Positions 17,393 through 26,440 of a stretch of 30,111 bases of DNA are shown piece after piece. The stretch lies in contig JBHHYI010000032.1 of assembly GCA_046757525.1 (NCBI GenBank), forward strand, positions 1 through 30,111, written 5' to 3'. Numbering within the stretch: the stretch's first letter is position 1; the number at the start of each line of letters is the position of its first letter. Source of the DNA: a bacterium. Lineage in GTDB: Bacteria > Zhuqueibacterota > Zhuqueibacteria > Oceanimicrobiales > Oceanimicrobiaceae. The translations under genes were made by a program, and so were the position numbers. The notes below the pieces were generated by a model. The model was not told the origin of the DNA. It ran no database searches and worked only from the letters and a program-made list of their open reading frames with translations.

Positions 17393-19210
17393 TTAAAACG
17401 CCTGACCTATGCTGATGTGAATTTCGTAGTTTTTGTCGTCAAATTCTTGTTTGTTCAATTTCCAGGCGAAATCGAATCTAAAGGGTCCGATAGGGGTACG
17501 GTAGCGCAGTCCGGCGCCAAGGGCGTACTTGAGACCGAGAAGGTCATAGCCGTCCCATTCTTGCCACACGTTGCCGTAATCCAAAAACAGGGCGCCGGAG
17601 AGACCTTTGTAAATTGGATTTCGCAATTCAAAGCTGCCTTCCAGAACGCTGTTGCCGCCAACTGGAATGCCGTCAATGGTGGGGCCCAAAAGCTGCCGGC
17701 GCCAGCCTCGCACCGAGTAGCTGCCTCCGGAAAAGTACCGTTCTTCCACCGGGGTCTCCCGGCTGCCCCGCACCGGATTCATGGTTCCTAAAAAAATGCG
17801 GTAAGCAAAGACGTAGCCCGTCTTAATCTGCAGGTACTTGCGGAATTCTCCGTAGAGCTTAATATACTTGAAGCGCGAGTTCAGCGGTACGCCGGCCTGT
17901 TCCAATACCAGGCTCGAAACCGAGCCTTTGGTTGGCGTAAACAACTGATCTGCCGAGTTGCGACGCAAGCCGGCCTGCAAAACGGACTTGTTGTACAGGT
18001 TGGCTAACTCGGCCGGCGCGCCCTCTCCTTTCACCCTGATGGTGTCGCGCTCCACTCTGGTGGTAACAAAAAAGTTGGTGCGTCTGGTCAATTGCCGGTT
18101 GAAGGTGGTTTCAAGCCCAACTCTTTTAGCTTCGAAGCTTTTTTCGTCCTGCCAGATGAAAAATGGCTTTACCACCAAATCATTGCGATTGCCCAGGAAA
18201 TAGGGCTGGCTGAGTTCTAACTCCAATTGCAATGGTAGCAGCTTCGTCGAATGTTTGGCCTGGGCCCTCAGAATGCGAGCGCCGCCGAGAAAATTACGGT
18301 GACGCCATTGCGCCGTGGCGCGTACTGATTCTTCGGAGCCATAGCCAGCCCCAATTTTGAGCGTCCTGAGTACGGTTTCCTTCACCCGTACCTCGATCGG
18401 GATCTCTTTGGGACGCTGGTCCAGATTGCTCGCGCTAAGGCCGACAAATCTGAAAAGTTCTAAGCGATAGATTTGACTCTGGGCGTTTTGTAATTTGCGC
18501 TGCTGAAATTGCTGCCCCTCTTTGAATCCCAGGCCGCGTTTGATGACTTTGTCCGAAACGTTTTTGTTGCCCGTGATGGTAATCGGGCCGACGACGCAGT
18601 AAGGGCCGGGATCCAGATACCAATTCAGCACCACGGTGTGGCTCTTTGGGTCGAGAACGGTTTTTACTTTAGCTTCAATGTAAGGATAGCCCAGGTTGCT
18701 GAATCTGTCGATGATCGTGTTGTAGTCCGCTATTAGATCGGCCTCACGAAAACGCTTGCCGGTTTTGAGTTTGACCTTTTTATGGAAATCTTTAGTGATT
18801 CGCGAGAGTTCTGAATGGTTGCTGTCGAGGAATTCCACGCGCCCCACCGTGGTCGGTTGGCCTTCCTGGATGTAGACCACGATGTTGACTTCGTCGTGTT
18901 TTTTGTTGTACTTGAGATCGTAATTCGAGACGATGGCCTCCAGATAGCCCTCTTTGTGATACAGCTTTTCGATGCGAAGCAGATCGTTGAGAAAAGTTTC
19001 CTCGTCAAAGAGTTTGGATCTTTTCCAGAACAGGAAGAAGCGGGTCCACGGGTTGGCCTGAGTTTGGATGGCCTTCTTTAGCTTCCGCGAAGAAATGGCC
19101 TTGTTGCCCTTGAACTTGAGGTCTTCGACGCGAATTTCCTGGGCAATAACATTTGTAACAGTTGAAAAAATATAGAGAAGGATGAAATATTTTAGGAGGA
19201 TTCGGTGCAC
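17393..19210 (-). CDS. tamA: Omp85-family outer-membrane assembly protein TamA (POTRA domains plus beta-barrel)
   Basis: Signal peptide, about 3 POTRA repeats ('F.GNKAIS...L', 'ITGNKNVS..VI.R'), loop-6 'GGSYSVRGW', 'GLRYRTPIGPFRFDFA' and beta-signal 'ISIGQAF'. Abuts tamB. Confidence 0.9.
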   Translation of the reverse strand: MHRILLKYFILLYIFSTVTNVIAQEIRVEDLKFKGNKAISSRKLKKAIQTQANPWTRFFLFWKRSKLFDEETFLNDLLRIEKLYHKEGYLEAIVSNYDLKYNKKHDEVNIVVYIQEGQPTTVGRVEFLDSNHSELSRITKDFHKKVKLKTGKRFREADLIADYNTIIDRFSNLGYPYIEAKVKTVLDPKSHTVVLNWYLDPGPYCVVGPITITGNKNVSDKVIKRGLGFKEGQQFQQRKLQNAQSQIYRLELFRFVGLSASNLDQRPKEIPIEVRVKETVLRTLKIGAGYGSEESVRATAQWRHRNFLGGARILRAQAKHSTKLLPLQLELELSQPYFLGNRNDLVVKPFFIWQDEKSFEAKRVGLETTFNRQLTRRTNFFVTTRVERDTIRVKGEGAPAELANLYNKSVLQAGLRRNSADQLFTPTKGSVSSLVLEQAGVPLNSRFKYIKLYGEFRKYLQIKTGYVFAYRIFLGTMNPVRGSRETPVEERYFSGGSYSVRGWRRQLLGPTIDGIPVGGNSVLEGSFELRNPIYKGLSGALFLDYGNVWQEWDGYDLLGLKYALGAGLRYRTPIGPFRFDFAWKLNKQEFDDKNYEIHISIGQAF

Positions 19211-19462
19211 AGGTTTAGTCGTTTGCTTTATTTACCATCATCGGCAAATCATCCTTCAATTTAATGATGTAAGCCTTAGAAAAGTTCAGTTCTGAACGCA
19301 TTATTTAAGCGGATGTAAACCGCACAAAACTGCAGCGCCCGAATCCTTTAGGAACCGCTTTGTTGTACGTAACGCAATCGTCTCGCCCATTCTCCCTTCA
19401 AAGAGAGACAGATTTTCGCTCGTGCAGAGCAAAAATCAGAGGGATGTCTGGAGGCCAGGACC

Positions 19463-19687
19463 ATGACTTATGCTCCCAGAACGCCTCTTAAAATCCCCTG
19501 GTTTTTCCGCTGGACGCTTCAGTCGTTTCTTTGGTGCAAAGCATGCACGGAGCTTCTGAACAAAGGGAGCTTGCCACGGAATAATCCAGGGTCTTTGAAT
19601 GTTGTTCTTTCAATGGGGTCACGAATCTCCTACTCAAACATTATGAAACCGTTCTACCAGATATGTCTTGCACCTCGCCCTCCTTGA
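19463..19687 (+). CDS. Putative metal-sensing leader ORF (CxxC + C-terminal RPP; CruR/CutF/DUF2946-like)
   Basis: GGAGG RBS 8 nt before the ATG, CKAC motif, ends APRPP*. The Pro-Pro-stop codons (CCTCCTT) are complementary to the AAGGAGG RBS of the next gene. Confidence 0.55.
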   Translation: MTYAPRTPLKIPWFFRWTLQSFLWCKACTELLNKGSLPRNNPGSLNVVLSMGSRISYSNIMKPFYQICLAPRPP

Positions 19688-19783
19688 TCGAAATTAACCT
19701 TTTGTGCTAAGCGCATAAAAGCTTTGGAATTCTTGCCTTTTTCAAACTCATTTAAATTTAGTATTAACTAAGGAGGATTCAAA

Positions 19784-20881
19784 ATGGAATCTCTACCAAG
19801 AAATAAGATACAGACATGGAGAAAGTATCTGACGGTTACTTTTGCTTTGCTGTTTTTGACCAGTGGGATGCTCTTTGCCCAAAGTGATCCGCCGGCGCCA
19901 GGGCTGCACGCTTATACCAAGGGGCATGCGAAGTTTCAATCACCGCCCGATTTGATTGGCGGCCCGCTAACGGTGAAGGTCACACAGAAAAATGGCAGCA
20001 CGCGTTGGGTTCTGCCCGGGCCACGCTTCCTGGATCCGTCCGCCTTTGGCTCACCCGACCATCCGGTGGGCTTCGATCCTGCGCCCTTTCCATTGCTTGG
20101 CGTACCCCTGGACATGCGCAACACCCACGATGGCAAATTTACGTTTGCCACCAAAGCAACACCTTTTAGCAACTGGCGCGAAGTGGGCGTCGGCAGCATT
20201 GAGATGGAAGTGACCGATGCGACTGCTATCGACGGGGCTCGGAGCAAGGACAAAGTACATTTCGTGGCGACCTTCAAGAGCCCGGGTGGCAAGTTCGACT
20301 ACAAGGTGACCGCCGACAAAGCCATCCCACATGGCATGGCGTACCCGTTTTTTGGTGGCGTGGTGACCAACCACTTGCTGCACGGTGGCACCGGTATCGG
20401 GACCCGCTTGATGCCGACCGAGTTTACCTACGTCGCATTCTGGGCCATGGGCAATCTTTACCGCAATGGGGAACTCGTCAATGAGAATCAACTGGTGCAT
20501 GTGATGGTCACGGAAGTTGTTCGAGGCGACAATTATGCCCTTCAGTTCGATGGCGGTGTAGGAGACCCTCCCACCGGCATAACGCTGCACCTGATGATTC
20601 CGCCCTTCAAGCCTGGTCCGAATGGGTTACAAAACGTGCCGCTCAAGACAGGGTTCGTTCCCTTTCCATTCATCAAAAAGCACATGATGGCGGCCATGAA
20701 GGCAGCTAAGCAGCTTCCAGCAGGAAAACGGGAGGGGCGTCTGGCGGTGCTCAAAGAAGTGAAAGGCATGATGGACCACACCAAGGAACATGTGATGCAA
20801 GCGATGAAAGCTGGCAAGATGGATGGACAACCGTTTCTACACGTGATGTTCGGTAATATTGAAATAAAAGCCAACCGGTAA
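19784..20881 (+). CDS. Secreted His/Met-rich hypothetical protein (candidate copper protein)
   Basis: Strong AAGGAGG RBS and signal peptide ending ...MLFA. Repeated HxM motifs (HGM, HVM, HLM, HMM, HVM, HVM), an HLLH motif and a Met-rich helical insert. No family recognised. Confidence 0.8.
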   Translation: MESLPRNKIQTWRKYLTVTFALLFLTSGMLFAQSDPPAPGLHAYTKGHAKFQSPPDLIGGPLTVKVTQKNGSTRWVLPGPRFLDPSAFGSPDHPVGFDPAPFPLLGVPLDMRNTHDGKFTFATKATPFSNWREVGVGSIEMEVTDATAIDGARSKDKVHFVATFKSPGGKFDYKVTADKAIPHGMAYPFFGGVVTNHLLHGGTGIGTRLMPTEFTYVAFWAMGNLYRNGELVNENQLVHVMVTEVVRGDNYALQFDGGVGDPPTGITLHLMIPPFKPGPNGLQNVPLKTGFVPFPFIKKHMMAAMKAAKQLPAGKREGRLAVLKEVKGMMDHTKEHVMQAMKAGKMDGQPFLHVMFGNIEIKANR

Positions 20882-20893
20882 AGAAGAAATGGA

Positions 20894-20919
20894 AAGCCCT
20901 CGTTTGTAAGCGGGGGCTT
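20894..20919 (+). terminator. Intergenic hairpin (partial terminator or mRNA-stabilising stem)
   Basis: AAGCCCTCG...CGGGGGCTT stem followed by the pyrimidine-rich CTTCCTTATT, between the two co-oriented genes. Confidence 0.5.
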
Positions 20920-20958
20920 CTTCCTTATTGTAATAGAAGAGGAAAGGCTGATTTTCAC

Positions 20959-22206
20959 ATGCGGCGAAACTTCATAATTCTTGTATTAGTCTTCTTGCTT
21001 TTCGGCGCTGAGGGGCTTAAAAACCCGTTTGCGGCATTGAAAACCCACCACACCGTTAGACTCACCAACATTGAGTTCAGACCTAATCAGCTCAAGGTAG
21101 AAGTGGGAGATAGCGTCACGTTCATCAACCAGGACAAATTCAAGCACGACGTCTACATCGTTCGAACGGCAAATCGCAACGACGTGTTGTTTCCTGCCAC
21201 CACTCTTCAGCCTGGACAATCGATCACCGTGGGCATCGAGGAAAAAGCGCTGCTATCGGTTTACTGCACCATTCACGGCGGCATGCGCGGCAAAATCTCC
21301 TCGACCGGCTCCTTTGAACTCACCGAAGACGAGAAAAAACGGGCCGCCGCCAAAAAGGTGTTCCCGCCCATTGTCAAAACCGGTGAGGAGCTGTTCTGGG
21401 GCGACGCCCAGTGCCACCAATGTCACAAGATGGGTGAGCGTGGAGAAGGCATCCGCGGTCCCAATCTGAGCGACATCGGCTTCCGTTCAAACATTCGGGC
21501 CAAAAAATTAGGCCTGGGATCCGGCACGGAATACCTGATTCAATCGATCCTGGAGCCGCCTGCTTACCTGGTGGAAGGCTACACCAATGACATGGCTACG
21601 GTATATCAGCCGCCCATCGACTTAAATGAAGAGCAGATAAAAGCCGTGGTGGCCTATCTCCAAAGTCAAGGGGGGGAGGTCGACACCTGGGCCATTGACA
21701 TCGACCGAGACAGACTCGATACCGTCCCCACCATGAATCCATTTCTCGCCGGCAATGCGGAGCGCGGGCGTTCGGTGTTTACCGACGCGGGTTGTCCCAG
21801 TTGTCATACCGTGGGTGCGCAAAAATCGGTCTCTCCGGGGCCGGACCTGACCGAGATCGGCGCCTACCGCAATTGGACCTGGCTGGCAGAGTCGGTAATC
21901 GACCCAAATGCCGAAATCGGGTCCAATTGGAAATATACTACGATCCACCTGAAACCGAAGTTGAGTTCGAAGAAACCCAGCTTTAAGTCTGAAGAGGTTG
22001 TGCAGGGCTTTCTCAGGGAAAATTCCGAGGAAGAGGTAAAAATTCTAAACCCGCAAAATCGCATCCAAACTTTTCCGGGCAAGCGGGTGAAGAAGGTGGA
22101 CAGCAGCAAATTGTCCAAGATGCCTACCAACTATTCTGAGATTCTGACTTTTCAACAGTTGGCAGATTTGCTCAGTTATCTGCAGTCGCTCAAAGGGGGG
22201 AAGTAG
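20959..22206 (+). CDS. Cupredoxin - dihaem cytochrome c fusion protein
   Basis: Signal peptide; plastocyanin-like domain 'F.PNQL.V.VGDSVTF.N...HDV...YCTIHGGM.G' (type-1 Cu ligands H, C, H, M). Two CxxCH motifs (CHQCH, CPSCH), each followed by GP.L..IG and a distal Met. Confidence 0.9.
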   Translation: MRRNFIILVLVFLLFGAEGLKNPFAALKTHHTVRLTNIEFRPNQLKVEVGDSVTFINQDKFKHDVYIVRTANRNDVLFPATTLQPGQSITVGIEEKALLSVYCTIHGGMRGKISSTGSFELTEDEKKRAAAKKVFPPIVKTGEELFWGDAQCHQCHKMGERGEGIRGPNLSDIGFRSNIRAKKLGLGSGTEYLIQSILEPPAYLVEGYTNDMATVYQPPIDLNEEQIKAVVAYLQSQGGEVDTWAIDIDRDRLDTVPTMNPFLAGNAERGRSVFTDAGCPSCHTVGAQKSVSPGPDLTEIGAYRNWTWLAESVIDPNAEIGSNWKYTTIHLKPKLSSKKPSFKSEEVVQGFLRENSEEEVKILNPQNRIQTFPGKRVKKVDSSKLSKMPTNYSEILTFQQLADLLSYLQSLKGGK

Positions 22207-22448
22207 GGCTGGAAAGGTTTCTTGCTGAATCTATTAATGAGGCGCAAGCGTTTGCAAACGTTGGTCAGTCAATAGCGTCCAGGACAAATTCCATTTACAT
22301 GAATTCTTTATATTTCTTGGCAACTTCATGATTAACTTTTTTCCCTAATTCAAGAGCATCCTCTTCAGTCATTGTGCTGCTTTCTCACTGCTTTCCCGTT
22401 TTCCCGGGAAGCCTCAGGCTTTCACGAGTAGCCATGCCGGGCGTAGAT

Positions 22449-23957
22449 TTACTGGACCTGTCTGCGCAGCAAATGCTTCGGCACCAGCCACCGTTCCAGT
22501 GCCTCAAAGGCCAGTTCAACCAGGATGGCCAAAATAGCTGCGGGAATGGCGCCCCACATGATGATGTAAGGATCGTTGAGGGTGACACCGGTGAAAATGT
22601 ACTCCCCAAGCCCCCTGGCGCCGACGAAAGCCGCCAGCGTTGCCGTGCCCACACTGATGACCGCGGCGGTGCGAATGCCTGCCAACAAGTTTGGCATGGC
22701 CAAAGGAATCTCGATGTAGCGCAACCTCTGCCACGCGGTCAGCCCCATGCCCACCGAGATTTTTTTCAAGATCGGGTCAATCGCCACCAAAGCCGCAAAA
22801 GTGCTGCGCAGAATGGGCAGGAGGGCGTAGAGAAACAGCGCAACCAGAGCCGGTTTGGTGCCGATGCCAAAAAGCGGAATCATGAAGGCCAACAGCGCCA
22901 GCGAAGGGATGGTTTGCAGAAGTCCGGTCAAATAAATAACCGGCCTGGACACCTTGGGCAAGCGGTAAATGACGACCCCAAGCGGAATGGCGAAGGCCAT
23001 GGCCGCCAGCAGGGCAACAACAGTGAGTTCCAAATGTATGACGGTGAGCTGGCCCAGCGTTTGCCATTTGTTGGCGGAAAAGTCTTGATTGGAATGCTGA
23101 ACCAGACCATTCTGAAACAGAAAACTGTGCGCGGTTTCGGCAAAGCTCTTTCCGTCAATAGCCACGGCGGCGTTCAGTTTTTGCATGGCCTCCTCGTCCA
23201 GAACTCCGGCGAGCTCCGACAGGACTGTTTTGACCTCTGGAGCCACGTCCCGGCGAATCAGCGGCGCTGCTAAATATTGGGGAAAGAAATGCCTGTCGTC
23301 GTGCAGCAGGACCAGGTCGTATTTTTGAATCTCCGCATCTGTGGAGTAGACGTCCATCACATCTATTTGCTGTTGGTCCAGGGCTTGATAGGAGAGGGTG
23401 TGCTCCATGCCGAGGGGAACGGCGGCGAGTCCGTAGGCTTTGGCCAGGGCTTGCCAGCCGTCGCCCCGTTGCAGGAATTCGTAGCTCAGGCCGATGCGCA
23501 GTTCGGCATGCTGACGCAGATCGGAAATGCTTTTCAAGTTCTTTTGCCTGGCCAGAGGCGCCCGCACGGTTAGCGCGTAGGTGTTGTTGAATCCAAACGA
23601 GTCTAAAAGCTCCAGGCCGTGTTTTTCGGACAGCAGCGCCTGTAGCTCTGCGTCAGAGGGGTGCCGACTTAGTTTGAGGATGGCCTGTTCAATGGTGCCG
23701 GTGTACTCCGGATAAACATCGATTTCGCCGTTGACCAGGGCCTGGAAACAAATGATCGTACCGCCCAGGCCGAATTTGCGCTCAACCGTGAAACCGCGGT
23801 CTTCCAGAAGCTGCGCCATGATTTCACCCAAAATGTTGCTTTCGGGGAACAGCTTGGAACCAATCTTGATCGACTGGCCTGGCGCCGCTTTCGCACTTAG
23901 AGCCAACATGCACAGCAGCAGGCTCGCAAAAACTTTCACACAAAAAAAAGGTTTCAT
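22449..23957 (-). CDS. ABC importer, fused substrate-binding + permease (OpuC/OsmF/EgtU-type quaternary amine transporter)
   Basis: N-terminal SBP 'IGSK.FPES.ILGEI', 'YPEYTGT', 'GFNNTYAL', 'YSTD', 'FFPQY'. C-terminal permease 'QTIPSLAL', 'YALLPILR', 'GMG.T..Q.L..IE.PLA', 'GA.GLG'. Confidence 0.92.
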   Translation of the reverse strand: MKPFFCVKVFASLLLCMLALSAKAAPGQSIKIGSKLFPESNILGEIMAQLLEDRGFTVERKFGLGGTIICFQALVNGEIDVYPEYTGTIEQAILKLSRHPSDAELQALLSEKHGLELLDSFGFNNTYALTVRAPLARQKNLKSISDLRQHAELRIGLSYEFLQRGDGWQALAKAYGLAAVPLGMEHTLSYQALDQQQIDVMDVYSTDAEIQKYDLVLLHDDRHFFPQYLAAPLIRRDVAPEVKTVLSELAGVLDEEAMQKLNAAVAIDGKSFAETAHSFLFQNGLVQHSNQDFSANKWQTLGQLTVIHLELTVVALLAAMAFAIPLGVVIYRLPKVSRPVIYLTGLLQTIPSLALLAFMIPLFGIGTKPALVALFLYALLPILRSTFAALVAIDPILKKISVGMGLTAWQRLRYIEIPLAMPNLLAGIRTAAVISVGTATLAAFVGARGLGEYIFTGVTLNDPYIIMWGAIPAAILAILVELAFEALERWLVPKHLLRRQVQ

Positions 23958-24704
23958 CTACAATTTAAAGGTTTCATCTGCCAATTGGGAATGGACGAAC
24001 TCTCTGACGAACCTGGATGCCGGACTGTCCAGTATCTCCTTGCGGGTGCCGAGTTGCTCGATCTCTCCGTGGTTGAGCACCACGATGTGTTTGGCCAACT
24101 TCAACGCTTCCCTGAGATCGTGCGTCACCAACACCATGGTTCTGGCCTGCAATTTTTGTAGCTTGGTGAATTCGGTATGAAGTTCACTGCGCGTAATTGG
24201 GTCCAGGGCGCCAAAGGGCTCGTCTAAAATAAATACCTTTGGGTCGAGCATCATAGCGCGGCATAAGCCCACGCGCTGCTGTTCACCTCCGCTCAATTCG
24301 TGCGGATATTTGGAGAAATAAGATAGAGGAAGATCTACCAACTGCATCAATTCAGTGGCCCGGTGGCGAATGCGCTCTCGAGACCATTTTTCCAGGATAG
24401 CCAGCAGAGTAATATTTTTTTCTACCGTGAGATGGGGAAACAGGCCCGTGCCCTGAACCGCGTAGCCAATGTGCTTGCGCAATTTGGGCAGATGGTCGTA
24501 ATCGATGGCCTGGCCAAAAACCCGTATTCGCCCTTTCTCCGGGCGCAGAAGACCGTTGATGAGCTGAATCAATGTTGACTTGCCACTGCCGCTGGGGCCG
24601 ATGACCGCCGTGGTTGAATCCGGTGGAAAAGCAAGGCTGATGTTTTTAAGGGCTATTTTCTGGTCGTAGAGTTTGGAGACGTTTTCGAAAACGATTTGCG
24701 ACAT
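23958..24704 (-). CDS. ABC transporter ATP-binding subunit (OpuCA/ProV/EgtV-type)
   Basis: Walker A GPSGSGKST, 'IGYAVQ..GLFPH', signature LSGGEQQRVG, 'LDEPFGALDPITR' and H-loop VTHD. Confidence 0.95.
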   Translation of the reverse strand: MSQIVFENVSKLYDQKIALKNISLAFPPDSTTAVIGPSGSGKSTLIQLINGLLRPEKGRIRVFGQAIDYDHLPKLRKHIGYAVQGTGLFPHLTVEKNITLLAILEKWSRERIRHRATELMQLVDLPLSYFSKYPHELSGGEQQRVGLCRAMMLDPKVFILDEPFGALDPITRSELHTEFTKLQKLQARTMVLVTHDLREALKLAKHIVVLNHGEIEQLGTRKEILDSPASRFVREFVHSQLADETFKL

Positions 24705-24740
24705 ACGCTTCTACTTGCAGAACCGTGGGTAAGAGGATTT

Positions 24741-25757
24741 TCACGCCGGGCTTAATAAATTCACACTAAACCATCGGTTGGCATCGCACCACCACTTCTC
24801 TAAGCTAAATCCACATTTGGCAGATAGGGTTTCAATCTGTTCCATCGAAAACTTGTAAGAGTTTTCGGTGTGAATGGTTTCGCCCCTGCAAAAACTGAAG
24901 CAGCGATTGAGCTTTTTTAACAGCACCGTTTGTTGCTCCGTGCTTCTTAAATGCAACTCCACGCGACTCAAGGATTCATTAAAAATGGCCTGATGGCGAA
25001 ATCTTGCCAGGTCGAAATTGCCGTCTAACTCGCGATTGATTCTTGCTAAAATATTCAAGTTAAATCGGGCGGTGACGCCCTGACGGTCAGCGTAAGCTGG
25101 CTCAAGAATGCTTCTGTCTTTGATGAGGTCGATGCCCAGCAGCAGATGGTCCCCCTCGTTCATCGCCTCTCTTATTTTCTCCAGCAGACGCTCGGCTTCT
25201 GAAAGTTCAAAATTTCCGATGTTGGAACCGAGAAAAACGATCAGCTTGTTGCCAAGCCTCTTATGCTTGATGGCTTCTAAGGCCGTGTAGTACTCGGAAA
25301 CGATGGCTGTGATTCTCAAGTTCGAATACTTTCTTATAAGGGCACTGGCGCTGTCGATCAGGATGCTTTCGGAAATATCGATGGGAAAGTAGTGGAGACT
25401 GCTGGATCTTCTCAACAAGGCTTCAATCAGAAGCCTTGTTTTTACAGAGCTGCCACTGCCCAATTCTATGAGAGCCTGATGCCGTACCGTGTGGTCCACG
25501 ATGGCATCCGCATATTTCTTGAGAATTTTGCTTTCCGTGCGCGTGACGTAGTACTCAGGCAGCGCACAAATTTGCTCGAAAAGCTGTGAACCTTCGGCGT
25601 CGTAAAAATATTTTGGTGGTAGTGTTTTTGGATTTGCGGTCAAACCGTTAACGATATCATCGGCAAAGGACTCCACCGATTTGTCCCGACGTGAAATTTT
25701 GACCTTCAGTCGGCTCTTGCTGAGATTCTCCAAAGTACTCAGCTCCAAACTGCACAC
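24741..25757 (-). CDS. egtD: L-histidine N-alpha-methyltransferase EgtD (Methyltransf_33)
   Basis: 'PKTLPPKYFYD..GS.LFE.IC.LPEYY.TRTE', 'ELGSGSS.KT', 'FLGSNIGNF', 'AY.D..GVTA.FN.N.L..INREL', 'IHTENSYKF'. True start may be the TTG at 25748. Confidence 0.92.
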   Translation of the reverse strand: MCSLELSTLENLSKSRLKVKISRRDKSVESFADDIVNGLTANPKTLPPKYFYDAEGSQLFEQICALPEYYVTRTESKILKKYADAIVDHTVRHQALIELGSGSSVKTRLLIEALLRRSSSLHYFPIDISESILIDSASALIRKYSNLRITAIVSEYYTALEAIKHKRLGNKLIVFLGSNIGNFELSEAERLLEKIREAMNEGDHLLLGIDLIKDRSILEPAYADRQGVTARFNLNILARINRELDGNFDLARFRHQAIFNESLSRVELHLRSTEQQTVLLKKLNRCFSFCRGETIHTENSYKFSMEQIETLSAKCGFSLEKWWCDANRWFSVNLLSPA

Positions 25758-25933
25758 CCCTTTCCCTGAACGCGATTAAGAATTTGTAAAATTTTTTTAA
25801 TAATAAGTAAAATAATGAAGACATGCCATTATTTTTTTTGAAATTCAATAATTTGTTTTGCGTTTGGTGAGGTACGCCTGATGGCGGGGAAGATGAGGCA
25901 CTGTCAGCTTTGGGATAGTGTCAGGATTGACCT

Positions 25934-26294
25934 TGGTGGAGACGGTGGGAATCGAACCCACGTCCGAGGGGCAGTCACCAAGAACTTCTACATGCTTAGT
26001 TTGTTGATCGGGTCTCGCTTCTGCAAGCTCAGCAAACAAAGCTTGCAAAAGCCAGCCTGAAGAGCTTCACCGTCAACCCTCAGGCAGAACTGACGGTATA
26101 GCCACAAGCATCGACGCTCTGTTTAGACTTTGTGGCCAGGTCTAAACGAACGGGCTGCGCATTAATTAGGCAGCCAAAGCATACGCATAATTGTCTGCGT
26201 TTAATTGTTGTTTCCAGTTTTTTGACGCGGCTCTGAAAAAACCTCGGCATGCTATTCTCAGCTCCTCGACCCCCGTCGAAGCCATGTCGTCCCC
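25934..26294 (-). ncRNA. ssrA: tmRNA (transfer-messenger RNA)
   Basis: 5' GGGGACGACATGGCTTCGAC and 3' T-arm/acceptor GTGGGTTCGATTCCCACCGTCTCCACCA. Tag frame 26198..26166 encodes ADNYAYALAA*. Length 361 nt. Confidence 0.97.
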
Positions 26295-26345
26295 ATATTC
26301 TTAGCCTCTGTGAAAGAACAAAAAGCTCAACGTCTGTCAAACAAA

Positions 26346-26374
26346 ATTATACGAAAATTCGGTGTAAAAGTCAA
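26346..26374 (-). promoter_or_regulatory. sigma70 promoter of ssrA
   Basis: Minus strand TTGACT-N17-TATAAT, about 50 nt upstream of the mature tmRNA 5' end. Confidence 0.8.
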
Positions 26375-26405
26375 TGACTTAATCAACAGCCGGTGGCGAA
26401 AAAAC

Positions 26406-26434
26406 TTGATTTGCTGAACCGAATTGAGTACCTT
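26406..26434 (+). promoter_or_regulatory. Candidate sigma70 promoter of the divergent structured RNA
   Basis: TTGATT-N17-TACCTT. The predicted start near 26441 coincides with the 5' arm of the closing stem. Confidence 0.55.
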
Positions 26435-26440
26435 TTTTCA

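Noticed and set aside
17393..19210. Calling the Omp85 gene bamA
   Set aside because: Only 605 aa with about 3 POTRA domains and directly coupled to tamB, which fits TamA.
22374..23273. 299-aa plus-strand ORF
   Set aside because: Antisense shadow of the well-supported ABC SBP-permease gene; no recognisable motifs.
19463..25933. Genomic island integrated at the tmRNA 3' end
   Set aside because: ssrA is a common attB site, but I found no integrase and no duplicated tmRNA 3' end (TGGTGGAG...) elsewhere in the window.
25845..26340. Minus-strand ORFs of 67 and 86 aa
   Set aside because: They overlap the tmRNA gene; only the tag frame is meaningful.
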